From a virus, in IMG/VR virus record IMGVR_UViG_3300023174_007394, positions 1-64,000 of that record: DNA of 64,000 bases. The stretch is one strand, 5' to 3'. Shown one piece after another: positions 10,496-19,212 of the stretch; positions within the stretch are counted from its first letter, which is position 1, and each line of letters starts with the position of its first letter. The position numbers and the translations under genes are program-made. Under the pieces are notes generated by a model. That model had not been told where the DNA came from. It saw only the letters and a program-made list of their open reading frames with translations, and searched no databases.

Positions 10496-12187
10496 TTAAG
10501 CCTCTGTAGCGGGTGCTTCTGTTGCCGGAGCCTCTGTAGCTGGTGCTTCTGTTGCCGGTGCTTCTGTAGCTGGAGCCTCTGTAGCGGATGAATCGGATGA
10601 ACCACCTTCCGCAGCAGCGGCCTCTGGTGCTTCTTTTCCTGCTTTTTCGGCTTCCTCTTCCTCTTTTTTCTTGTATATCTCGTTTACCCTACGATCCTCG
10701 TTAGTTAGACCCAAAAATTTATCTATTAAAAAATCCTGGTCAAAGTATGGAACTTCCTCTTCACCAATTTTCTCTTTAATTTCAGATAAAGCAGCGATAA
10801 AATCTATTTTTTTAGTTAACTGCTCTATTTCTTTTGATTCACCAAATTGATTATCAGAATTAAATTTCAAACCAAGTTGAGATCTAAAAACTGGATCATT
10901 GTTCAATTCAGGAAAATCTAGGGTCATTTGTATCCAAAGAGGCTTAAGAAGTATTTCTTGATAAACAGATCTTATTCTATTAATAAATTTGTTGTATCTT
11001 ATTTCATCTCTTTCAGCAGATTCTGCACCTATTTTATAAGTGCCAACAGTTCCACCTGATCTTGCAGCAAATCTGTTAAATGGTATTTTAGAATCTGCCT
11101 TTAATTTATTAAAGAAATAAACAACAGCATCAATTATATTCAGATTGGGCCCTGCAGAGTTAAGGGTTTCAACTTTAGGAACATCACCACCTTGAGATGG
11201 GAAAAGATAGTTTTTATAGAATTGAAGATTAGGTCTACCGTTAATACTTAATTCACCAGAATCTGTATTAAGCTTTACATCTTCCTTATACATGCTCATT
11301 AGCTCACCTAGAGTTTCTTTTGCCTTTTGAGGTGATCTTGTTCCCACAGGAACTGTCATTTTAATTCTAAAAGATGCATTCATCACATTCCAGATAATTC
11401 TAGTGTGTTCCATAATTTTTAGTAAATTATGAGAACGAATTAATCTTTCGCAATAACTAGTTCTACTAGTTGCATTTCCCTTAGAGAATGAAATATAGAC
11501 TACTTGTGAATCATACAATTTTCTCTCTTTGGTGCTATCGCCATAGTATTGATACCATATCTGAACTGATTGTCCACCTAAATTCTTTTCTATAGAGGGT
11601 GTTAATGATACAGGATCTATTTCTTTAAATCCAACAATTTCTTTACCGCTGTCAGAATAAACTATTTCAAAAGATAAAAATCCATCTATTAAAAATTGTC
11701 TAAAATATTGCCATGCAGAAATACCATTATTAAAGCCATGTGCAATATAGATCTGTCTGTACCTTTCCCTAAGTTTTTCCACCATTTCATCGGTTAGATC
11801 CATATTGACTAACGATAAATTACAACAAAAGTTTTTATCATCATAAACTATTGCCTCGTCTGCAAGGATATCAAGTATCCATTCTATCTCAGCATTAATT
11901 GCAAATCTTCTTAAAAATTCTCTTTTAAATGGATAGTCTTTATCAAAATATGCTATGTATTTTCTATTTGAAGTATCTTGTGCAGCAAGAGCAAATATAA
12001 AATCCTCGTCAGAATCACCAATAGATAGTCTTTGTCTCATCATGGCTTCGGAAACTCCTATAGCTTGTGAATTTTTCACAACAAGGTCCTTATACTCCAT
12101 ACCAAAGCTTCCTATCTTACTTACTGTTCTAAGTATTCTCCCGAAGCTGGGATTTTTCTGTGAAAAATTATCTATAAATCCTGCCAT
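10496..12187 (-). CDS. gp20: Portal protein copy B (T4 gp20 family) with C-terminal (ATEAP)n tail
   Basis: FRQFLIDG, RSHNLLKIMEHTRIIWN, KIPFNRF, RDEIRYNKFINRIRS: gp20-type motifs. Confidence 0.88.
   Translation of the reverse strand: MAGFIDNFSQKNPSFGRILRTVSKIGSFGMEYKDLVVKNSQAIGVSEAMMRQRLSIGDSDEDFIFALAAQDTSNRKYIAYFDKDYPFKREFLRRFAINAEIEWILDILADEAIVYDDKNFCCNLSLVNMDLTDEMVEKLRERYRQIYIAHGFNNGISAWQYFRQFLIDGFLSFEIVYSDSGKEIVGFKEIDPVSLTPSIEKNLGGQSVQIWYQYYGDSTKERKLYDSQVVYISFSKGNATSRTSYCERLIRSHNLLKIMEHTRIIWNVMNASFRIKMTVPVGTRSPQKAKETLGELMSMYKEDVKLNTDSGELSINGRPNLQFYKNYLFPSQGGDVPKVETLNSAGPNLNIIDAVVYFFNKLKADSKIPFNRFAARSGGTVGTYKIGAESAERDEIRYNKFINRIRSVYQEILLKPLWIQMTLDFPELNNDPVFRSQLGLKFNSDNQFGESKEIEQLTKKIDFIAALSEIKEKIGEEEVPYFDQDFLIDKFLGLTNEDRRVNEIYKKKEEEEAEKAGKEAPEAAAAEGGSSDSSATEAPATEAPATEAPATEAPATEAPATEA
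10499..10585 (-). repeat. 15-nt tandem repeat encoding ATEAP x~6
   Basis: Visible in DNA and in the translation. Confidence 0.9.
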
Positions 12188-12190
12188 ATC

Positions 12191-13807
12191 TTAAAGTGTA
12201 AATGATTCTCCTTCTTTTTCCTCACCTCCGCCTTCTCCTTCTTTTTCTTCAGCCTCTTTCTTTTCTGCTTCTTCCTTCCTCTTTGCAGCTTTTTCTTTGG
12301 CCTTTCTGTTTGCCTCTTTATCATCATCAGTCATTCCTAAATATTTGTCTAAAACATATTTTAAAGAAAAATAAGGTTTTCCCTCTGAATTTTGTAATCC
12401 TGCAATTTTATTTACTTGATCCTTCCTAGCATTTAAAATCTCCATATATCGAACTTCAGCAAAAGAGTTGTCTTTTACATAATCCAATCCAAATTGACTT
12501 TTAATCATGAAGTCTTTTTGAAGATCAGGATTATCTAAAGAAAATTGTATCCATAGAGGCTTTAATAATATATCTTGAAATATAGATCTTAATCTTGTTA
12601 TAAATTTAAAGAATCTAATTTCTTCCTGATCTAGACCTTCTGCATTACCAGAGTATGTTCCCATTGTTCCCCTGTCCTCTCTATCAAATCTAGAATATGG
12701 TATTTTAGAATCTAATTTAAGTTTATCTGCAAAATATGATAATGCTTTTAGATCGCTAAATGGTGTGGCATCTCCACTGCCTGCTAATGGCGTAATATCC
12801 GGCGTACCATTTGGTGTAGAAGGCATGAGGTAATTTTTGTAAAACTGAATATTTGGTCTTCCGTTTACAAGAAGCTCCCCACTATCGCTATCTAATCTTA
12901 TGTCCTCTTTATAGATACTCATAAGCTCTGCTAATGACTGCTTAGCTTTTTGTGGTGATTTAGTACCTATAGGAACAGTCATTGTCATCCTGTATGATGA
13001 ATTCATTACGTTCCAAATAATTCTTGTGTGCTCCATGATTCTCAAAAGGTTAAATGATCTAACCAATCTTTCCACATAGCTTAATCTGGTAATAGTATTA
13101 CCCTTAGCATAAGAAATATAAAGAATTTGAGAATCATATAGCTTTCTAGTCATTGCAGGATTATCTGGGTATTGAATCCAGCATTCAACAAAGCTTCCGT
13201 CCAATTGTTTTTCCACAGAGGGCAATAAAGATCCTGGATCTAATTCTTTAAATCCTATAATTTGTTTTCCCTTAGTATCAAAAATTATTTCAAATGATAA
13301 AATACCATCTACCAAGAATTGTCTAAAGAAGTGCCAAGCAGATATGCCTTCATTAAATCCAAATAAATTATAGATCTCTTTATATCTTTGGTGTATTTTT
13401 TGCTCCTTCTCTTCACCAATCCCTCTGATATCGCTATTTACAAAATATCCAAAAAAGTTTTTGTCATCATAAACTATAGCTTCGTCACAAACTGTATCTA
13501 AAATATACTCTATTTCAGGATTTAAAGCAAATTGTCTAAGATAAACCTTCTTATTATTAAAATCCTTATCAAAATAAGCAATATATTGTTTGGATGTTGT
13601 ATCCGCTTTTTTCAGTGAATAAGAAAAATTCTCATCTATAATCCCACCTTTGTCTAAGAAAAGACTTTCTGTTGTTCCTATAGCCTGGGAATTTTTAACA
13701 ACCATGTCTCCATAGCTCATCCCAAAGGATCCTATCTTCCTTAAATTGTTTAATATCGCATTAAAAAATGGATTTACTCCATTATCACCACCTAAAAATC
13801 CAGCCAT
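12191..13807 (-). CDS. gp20: Portal protein copy A (T4 gp20 family)
   Basis: FRQFLVDG, RSFNLLRIMEHTRIIWN, KIPYSRF, EEIRFFKFITRLRS; colinear with copy B. Confidence 0.88.
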   Translation of the reverse strand: MAGFLGGDNGVNPFFNAILNNLRKIGSFGMSYGDMVVKNSQAIGTTESLFLDKGGIIDENFSYSLKKADTTSKQYIAYFDKDFNNKKVYLRQFALNPEIEYILDTVCDEAIVYDDKNFFGYFVNSDIRGIGEEKEQKIHQRYKEIYNLFGFNEGISAWHFFRQFLVDGILSFEIIFDTKGKQIIGFKELDPGSLLPSVEKQLDGSFVECWIQYPDNPAMTRKLYDSQILYISYAKGNTITRLSYVERLVRSFNLLRIMEHTRIIWNVMNSSYRMTMTVPIGTKSPQKAKQSLAELMSIYKEDIRLDSDSGELLVNGRPNIQFYKNYLMPSTPNGTPDITPLAGSGDATPFSDLKALSYFADKLKLDSKIPYSRFDREDRGTMGTYSGNAEGLDQEEIRFFKFITRLRSIFQDILLKPLWIQFSLDNPDLQKDFMIKSQFGLDYVKDNSFAEVRYMEILNARKDQVNKIAGLQNSEGKPYFSLKYVLDKYLGMTDDDKEANRKAKEKAAKRKEEAEKKEAEEKEGEGGGEEKEGESFTL

Positions 13808-14379
13808 TATCCGTATTTATTGTATATATCACTAAGATTAGCCCCCTCTAAAGATTTAGTGTCTAAATAAACTAAATATTTCCATTCCTCTCTTGGTATC
13901 TCTCTAAGTCCTTTTATTTTTTCCAATTTATAACCCTTATATGCATGTTTATACTTGTCACCCCCCATTAAAGTTTCTAAAATAGATCTATCAAACATTA
14001 AAGGCATCTGTGATGAAACATCTTTCTTTTCATTTTGCTCCATTATTTTACCAAAAAATCGGTGGAGACGTATGAAAAAATTAGTTTTATCTCTGGGGGT
14101 TAAAAGGATTAAATCTATTCCTTTAATTATACTTTTTTCAGGTGTTATCTCTTTTCCCTCTAAAAATACTACAGGTCTTCTATTTATGTAATTTTTCTCC
14201 TTGACTAAAACAGAATCATAGTAAAATGTATAAATTTTTCCCTGTATTAGATTTTTAACAGAGTCTGATGATTTTAATACAGCATAATTATTACTATAAT
14301 TTAAAAAGCTTTCCTCTGATAATTTACCAGGGCTTCCTGCTTTTTCTATTGCGTCTCTTAATTCTCTTTTAAAGTCCAT
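13807..14379 (-). CDS. gp2: DNA end-protector protein (T4 gp2-like)
   Basis: GKIYTFYYD...RPVVF...GIDL...IPREEW pattern; adjacent to gp4 as in T4-like phages. Confidence 0.6.
   Translation of the reverse strand: MDFKRELRDAIEKAGSPGKLSEESFLNYSNNYAVLKSSDSVKNLIQGKIYTFYYDSVLVKEKNYINRRPVVFLEGKEITPEKSIIKGIDLILLTPRDKTNFFIRLHRFFGKIMEQNEKKDVSSQMPLMFDRSILETLMGGDKYKHAYKGYKLEKIKGLREIPREEWKYLVYLDTKSLEGANLSDIYNKYG
13823..13830 (-). promoter_or_regulatory. Putative late promoter GATATATA for the portal pair, embedded in the 3' end of gp2
   Basis: Exact motif 15 nt upstream of the portal A ATG. Confidence 0.55.
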
Positions 14380-14873
14380 TATTTAAAAATAAAATTTTCA
14401 TCTATTGCTCCAAATTTATATCCATTAGCACTAGCATATCTCATAGCAGCATCAAATTTTGCTCTATTAACTATCCATGTTTCCATTTGATGGTTATAGC
14501 TTCTGATTTTTTTCTCTGTGGGATTTCCTTTTAACACTGGCTTTTTTTCGAGCTGATATTGACTAGATGGCTTAATCTCTATAATCCACCCTTCCTCTGT
14601 GCCATCTGTTTTTTTAACCTTTATATAATAGTCTGGATTGTATTTGTGAGATTTTTTATCTACTGGATTCCAAAATTCTATCGGAAATGGTTCTGATGCC
14701 CATTTTATAATATTTGGATTTAGATCACAATACTTACAAAATTTAAATTCCCAGGATGATCTGTATATTATATTGTGTATATCGCCTATGTATTTTTCCG
14801 GATTCTCTATCTTATAAACCCCCTGTGAGAATTTTGAGTTTTTATTGGGTCTAAGATTTTTTATGCTTTTCAC
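14379..14873 (-). CDS. gp4: Head completion nuclease (T4 gp4, TnsA-like)
   Basis: PEKYIGD, IIYRSSWE, KWASE, YNPDY, IEIKP, NRAK. GTG start. Confidence 0.9.
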   Translation of the reverse strand: MKSIKNLRPNKNSKFSQGVYKIENPEKYIGDIHNIIYRSSWEFKFCKYCDLNPNIIKWASEPFPIEFWNPVDKKSHKYNPDYYIKVKKTDGTEEGWIIEIKPSSQYQLEKKPVLKGNPTEKKIRSYNHQMETWIVNRAKFDAAMRYASANGYKFGAIDENFIFK

Positions 14874-14896
14874 AGAGGTCTAATATTATTTTATGA

Positions 14897-15253
14897 TTAG
14901 ACGTTGTAATTCTTATTGTCGTCGTTAGTGATTCTAGAAAAAGGAATTGCCTTTATTGATCTGGTTGAATGGATTTTCTTCCATCCTTTTTGCATACCGT
15001 TTTTAGCTATTTGTGATATAAAAGCAAAGGGGTTATCAGATTTTGCTGGATCAAATCTGTTCCAGTATTTAATTAAATCCTCCATACCAAAAGCAATGCA
15101 ATCTTCTTTGTCTTCTATGTCTCTATAGGATTTTGTTTTAGAAAGACCGTTTACAATTAATGTAAACATTTTAACAGTTTCTGCTGTTAATTTACCGCTC
15201 TCCTTGGATTCAAGAAGAGCTCTTTTTAGTTCTTTGTTTTTTACATACTCCAT
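14897..15253 (-). CDS. gp55: Late-transcription sigma factor (T4 gp55-like, short)
   Basis: YVKNKEL...EDCIAFG...FDPAKSDNPFAFISQIA matches the gp55 core. Confidence 0.8.
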   Translation of the reverse strand: MEYVKNKELKRALLESKESGKLTAETVKMFTLIVNGLSKTKSYRDIEDKEDCIAFGMEDLIKYWNRFDPAKSDNPFAFISQIAKNGMQKGWKKIHSTRSIKAIPFSRITNDDNKNYNV

Positions 15254-15474
15254 TATGGTTCTATAAAATTATTTTCTAGGGATTGAATTTGGTTATCTAT
15301 TTCCCCGTCAAGTTTTACAAGATCCTCTATGGAGTTTCTTATAGTCTCTAATCCTATCTTACTATTAGAGCGGCTAGTTGTTTCTAATTCCTTTAATCTT
15401 CCTATTGTTTTTACCAAAGAGTCCTTAAATGATAAGAGTTCGGCCCCTACATTTTCGGTACCGAACTCTTCCAT
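15253..15474 (-). CDS. Hypothetical coiled-coil protein
   Basis: Tightly packed ORF with overlapping start/stop. Confidence 0.7.
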   Translation of the reverse strand: MEEFGTENVGAELLSFKDSLVKTIGRLKELETTSRSNSKIGLETIRNSIEDLVKLDGEIDNQIQSLENNFIEP

Positions 15475-15491
15475 ATTTTCAGTAATTGATT

Positions 15492-17792
15492 TTACTTTTT
15501 TTTTGTCTTAGGCGCTGTAGCAAGATTTGCTCTATTTAATGCCTCGTGATCTTTTTTACCATTCTTCTTGTGATTCCCTGGCGCTTTTGCTAATTCTGCA
15601 TGATCCGTATTCTCAATGAATTTTTTAGACTTTATAGATTTACCTTTAGGTGCTTTCTCTATATTCTTATTAACTTGTGATTCAGCAAGATTTGCATGTT
15701 TTAAATTTTCAATAAATTTTGAACCAGATTTTGCTGAATGTCCAGGTGCTACCGCAGCATTCTCAGGCTTCATTGTTTTTCCGCCGTGATCCATTTTAGA
15801 TCCTTTTTTAGGCAATGTTGCAAGTCTAAATTTACCCATTCCTTTTGTTTCTGCATTTCTGCTTCCTCCTTTTGGTAATTTTGCAAGATTATGATTGCTT
15901 AAATTTTGTATATCCTTTGGAGATCCGGAAGCTTTACCCCCTGGTGCTTTAGCAAAATTTGCATCATTTAAATTTTGAATAAACTTTTTGCCTTTTTTAC
16001 CTCCACTTTTTCCTGGTGCTTTAGCAAAATTTTGATTTAAAGCCTCGAATGCTTCATCATCTTCGTCTATATCAGAATATGTTTCTAAATCCATATTCTC
16101 AATTTCTTCTCCCATATCCATAACATCACTGAAGAAAAATTCACCAGTTTTCCCATTTTCAAACATAACAGTGTATGTTTTAGAATTTCCATTAACGCCT
16201 ACTACTTTTCCAGTTTCGCCGTTTCTCTTAATTTTAACGTCTGTATTGATTGCATATCCTTCGCTTTCATTAACAACAGATTTTTTATATCCTTTTTCTA
16301 ATCTTTCAATTTCAACATTGATTTGATTCCATTTATTTTTTAGATTAGAAGCTTCGATTTTTAGAATTTCTTGGGCTTCTTGTATTTCTATAGATTCACT
16401 TAGTTCTGGATTTTGTTCAATAGCTTTAGAAATCTTATTCATTTCAGATTCAACCAATGATAAATTATTATTAATCTCAGCTTTATCATTTTTCATTATC
16501 ACTAATAATTTATCTTCATTTTCAAGAAGATCTATCATAGATTCTGAAATATCAAATCCTAAGAATTCTTTAACCAGATTTACTGCTTGATTACCATTTC
16601 CTTCGAATAATTCGTTTTTTCTCATAGATGGATTAACTCTATGAACATAAACTTTATTTTCCAATTTGAAAATGTTTGCTTCTACGCCTTCGTATATTCT
16701 AGAAACTATCTTTTTACCAAAATCGATTTCTGTTAAATAATCAACAGATTCAACTAGGGATAAAGCTTTGTTCACTGTTTCTGGAGATGATTGGAATGAA
16801 TTTCTTAATTCCATTGAAAGAGTAAATCCTATTTTTTCGTTCGATATTCTTTTTCCGTTATAATAAACTGTTTTTAGACCAGTTAGGCTTTCAAATACGA
16901 TAGACAATTTATTCTTACCTATGTAATAATCTACACCATTTTCGTTTATCTTAACACTAGGATCGCTTAATTGCATAACAGCATTTAGAAATTTACCAGG
17001 AAGCTCTGCTGCCTGATGTCTTTCTAAAATAGAAACTTTTCCATTATTAGATTTAAAAAATCTATTAGATGCTACAAATATTGAAACCTTTTCAAAAACT
17101 AAAGCAGGAGCAATTAATTTTTTAACTTCACAATTGTCTGAATTTACATTAATAGAAAAACTATTTCCTTTACCACTTTCAATAATTGATAAATTCTCAA
17201 CCAATTTTTTAACAGTTGAATTAAATATCCATTTTCTTAAATCTTTTACCAGTGATTCTGTAATTCTATTTGGTGTAGAAATCCAATTTCTCATAGATTC
17301 TGTAATAGATGAGAAAAGGTCTTTACCACCAGATCTATTAATTTCTTCAATTGCTTTAGCTACCTCAATTACAGCTCTATTACTTTCGTAAGTCTTTTTT
17401 AGGTTATTTAAAGATGCCTTAGCATTATTTTCCCATGAATATCCTTCCAATTCCTGCATCATACCCTCAATTAAGAAAGCCTCTGAAATACCTTTAACTG
17501 TTGCAGCATTGATGTATTTCTGTGTTAGAATCTTTCCTTCAGGAAGTTCTGAAAATGCTGTGTTACCTAAAGCTATTGCAGTTTCCAACACACCTACGGA
17601 AAAAGAAGATGTATTTCTTTTTATTTCAACAGATGATCCTTCGTTAATTTCTTTCCTCACACCATCTACATAGGATCCTGCATTATTGTTAGAAAATGAC
17701 CCGTTCCACGTTTCATTAAGTGTATTAGCAGCAGCTTTCGCTTTTTCTAATCTAATTTGAGATAGACTCTCGTCAAAATTGATATTCTCCAT
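15492..17792 (-). CDS. Large hypothetical (probable head/internal virion) protein with coiled coil and basic C-terminal N[FL]AxAPG repeats
   Basis: 766 aa ORF behind a GATATATA motif (~17818-17825), among head genes. Confidence 0.6.
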   Translation of the reverse strand: MENINFDESLSQIRLEKAKAAANTLNETWNGSFSNNNAGSYVDGVRKEINEGSSVEIKRNTSSFSVGVLETAIALGNTAFSELPEGKILTQKYINAATVKGISEAFLIEGMMQELEGYSWENNAKASLNNLKKTYESNRAVIEVAKAIEEINRSGGKDLFSSITESMRNWISTPNRITESLVKDLRKWIFNSTVKKLVENLSIIESGKGNSFSINVNSDNCEVKKLIAPALVFEKVSIFVASNRFFKSNNGKVSILERHQAAELPGKFLNAVMQLSDPSVKINENGVDYYIGKNKLSIVFESLTGLKTVYYNGKRISNEKIGFTLSMELRNSFQSSPETVNKALSLVESVDYLTEIDFGKKIVSRIYEGVEANIFKLENKVYVHRVNPSMRKNELFEGNGNQAVNLVKEFLGFDISESMIDLLENEDKLLVIMKNDKAEINNNLSLVESEMNKISKAIEQNPELSESIEIQEAQEILKIEASNLKNKWNQINVEIERLEKGYKKSVVNESEGYAINTDVKIKRNGETGKVVGVNGNSKTYTVMFENGKTGEFFFSDVMDMGEEIENMDLETYSDIDEDDEAFEALNQNFAKAPGKSGGKKGKKFIQNLNDANFAKAPGGKASGSPKDIQNLSNHNLAKLPKGGSRNAETKGMGKFRLATLPKKGSKMDHGGKTMKPENAAVAPGHSAKSGSKFIENLKHANLAESQVNKNIEKAPKGKSIKSKKFIENTDHAELAKAPGNHKKNGKKDHEALNRANLATAPKTKKK

Positions 17793-17909
17793 TTTATGGG
17801 ATTTTTATTTTATTGTATATATATCTACTCTTAAAAAATTTCCTTTCATATAGGGCCTAGCTATTTTTATATATTATATATTTCCCTTTGATAAGGGGAT
17901 TTAATGGTA

Positions 17910-19193
17910 TTAGTGCTGTGATAATATAAACCAATTTGTTCCGTTACTTGCCAATGTATAAGATGTACCAAATGCTGTGCTCATTGGACCTACAGTTATG
18001 CTAGCATTTCCGTCAATAGTTTCAGATCCAGTAGTATTTACCGTAATATTTCTTCCATCTGCTGTTGTAACATTTTTAACCCAATATATTTTACCTGCAA
18101 TACCAGAAGCCGTAGGTAAGGTAACTATCATACCTGTCCCTGATGGATCACATAAAATAATATCTTCGTTTGATGATAGAGTATATGAGGATGTTATAGT
18201 CGTTATATTAAATGTTGATCCTGAATTTGTGCCGCTTGTACCGGAAGATCCGGTTTCTCCTGAAGATCCAGAAGATCCAGATTCACCTGAAGATCCAGAA
18301 GATCCAGATTCGCCAGAAGATCCGGAAGACCCTGATTCACCTGAAGATCCAGAAGATCCTGATTCACCTGAAGATCCAGAAGATCCAGATTCGCCAGAAG
18401 ATCCGGAAGACCCTGATTCACCTGAAGATCCAGAAGATCCGTTAGTTTCACCTGAAGTCCCAGAAGATCCAGATTCACCAGAAGACCCAGAAGATCCAGA
18501 TTCACCTGAGGATCCAGATGATCCTGATGTACCAGAAATTCCGTTAACCCCGCTTATGCCTGATGTCCCGGATTCACCTGAGGATCCTGAAGATCCAGAT
18601 TCACCTGAAGATCCAGATTCACCTGAGGATCCTGAAGATCCAGTTTCACCCGATGACCCAGAAGATCCAGTTTCACCTGAAGATCCTGAAGATCCAGTTT
18701 CACCAGAAGATCCTGAAGATCCAGATTCACCCGATGACCCGGAAGATCCTGATTCTCCTGAGGACCCCGAAGATCCAGATGTTCCGTTAGTTTCCCCCGA
18801 TGTTCCAGATGATCCAGATTCACCTGATGAGCCAGAAGATCCAGATGATCCTGATTCGCCTGATGAACCGGAAGAGCCAGAAGAGCCAGAAGAGCCAGAT
18901 GATCCCGATTCGCCTGATGAACCAGAAGAGCCGTTTTCTCCTGATGTCCCTGAAGATCCCGAAGATCCTGATGTTCCGTATGTTTCTCCTGATGTTCCAG
19001 AAGATCCAGAAGCTCCTCCTCTTCCATTTACACCACTAGTTCCTGCTGCTCCTGACGTACCTGAAGTACCTGAAGTACTTAAAATAGATAACACGTCAAT
19101 TCTTGAAGTAATATCGCCAACAACCCCTATTACGGAATCGCCCTGATTCACTGATGTTGCTAGTGGTAAATTACTAATTCTTATTCCTGACAT
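17910..19193 (-). CDS. GSSGES-repeat collagen-like fibre with C-terminal beta tip
   Basis: ISNLPLAT N-terminus, ~290 aa Gly-X-Y repeat, C-terminal TLP...GKIYWVKN...ETIDG...SNGTNWFI domain. Confidence 0.8.
   Translation of the reverse strand: MSGIRISNLPLATSVNQGDSVIGVVGDITSRIDVLSILSTSGTSGTSGAAGTSGVNGRGGASGSSGTSGETYGTSGSSGSSGTSGENGSSGSSGESGSSGSSGSSGSSGSSGESGSSGSSGSSGESGSSGTSGETNGTSGSSGSSGESGSSGSSGESGSSGSSGETGSSGSSGETGSSGSSGETGSSGSSGESGSSGESGSSGSSGESGTSGISGVNGISGTSGSSGSSGESGSSGSSGESGSSGTSGETNGSSGSSGESGSSGSSGESGSSGSSGESGSSGSSGESGSSGSSGESGSSGSSGESGSSGSSGETGSSGTSGTNSGSTFNITTITSSYTLSSNEDIILCDPSGTGMIVTLPTASGIAGKIYWVKNVTTADGRNITVNTTGSETIDGNASITVGPMSTAFGTSYTLASNGTNWFILSQH
18220..19080 (-). repeat. Coding tandem repeat (GSSGES)n
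   Basis: 27-nt and 18-nt units visible. Confidence 0.9.
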
Positions 19194-19212
19194 TTTTTAT
19201 AGATTTATTTTA

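Noticed and set aside
17977-19146. 389 aa + strand PEDPDS ORF and nested ORFs
   Set aside because: Antisense shadows of the GSSGES fibre gene.
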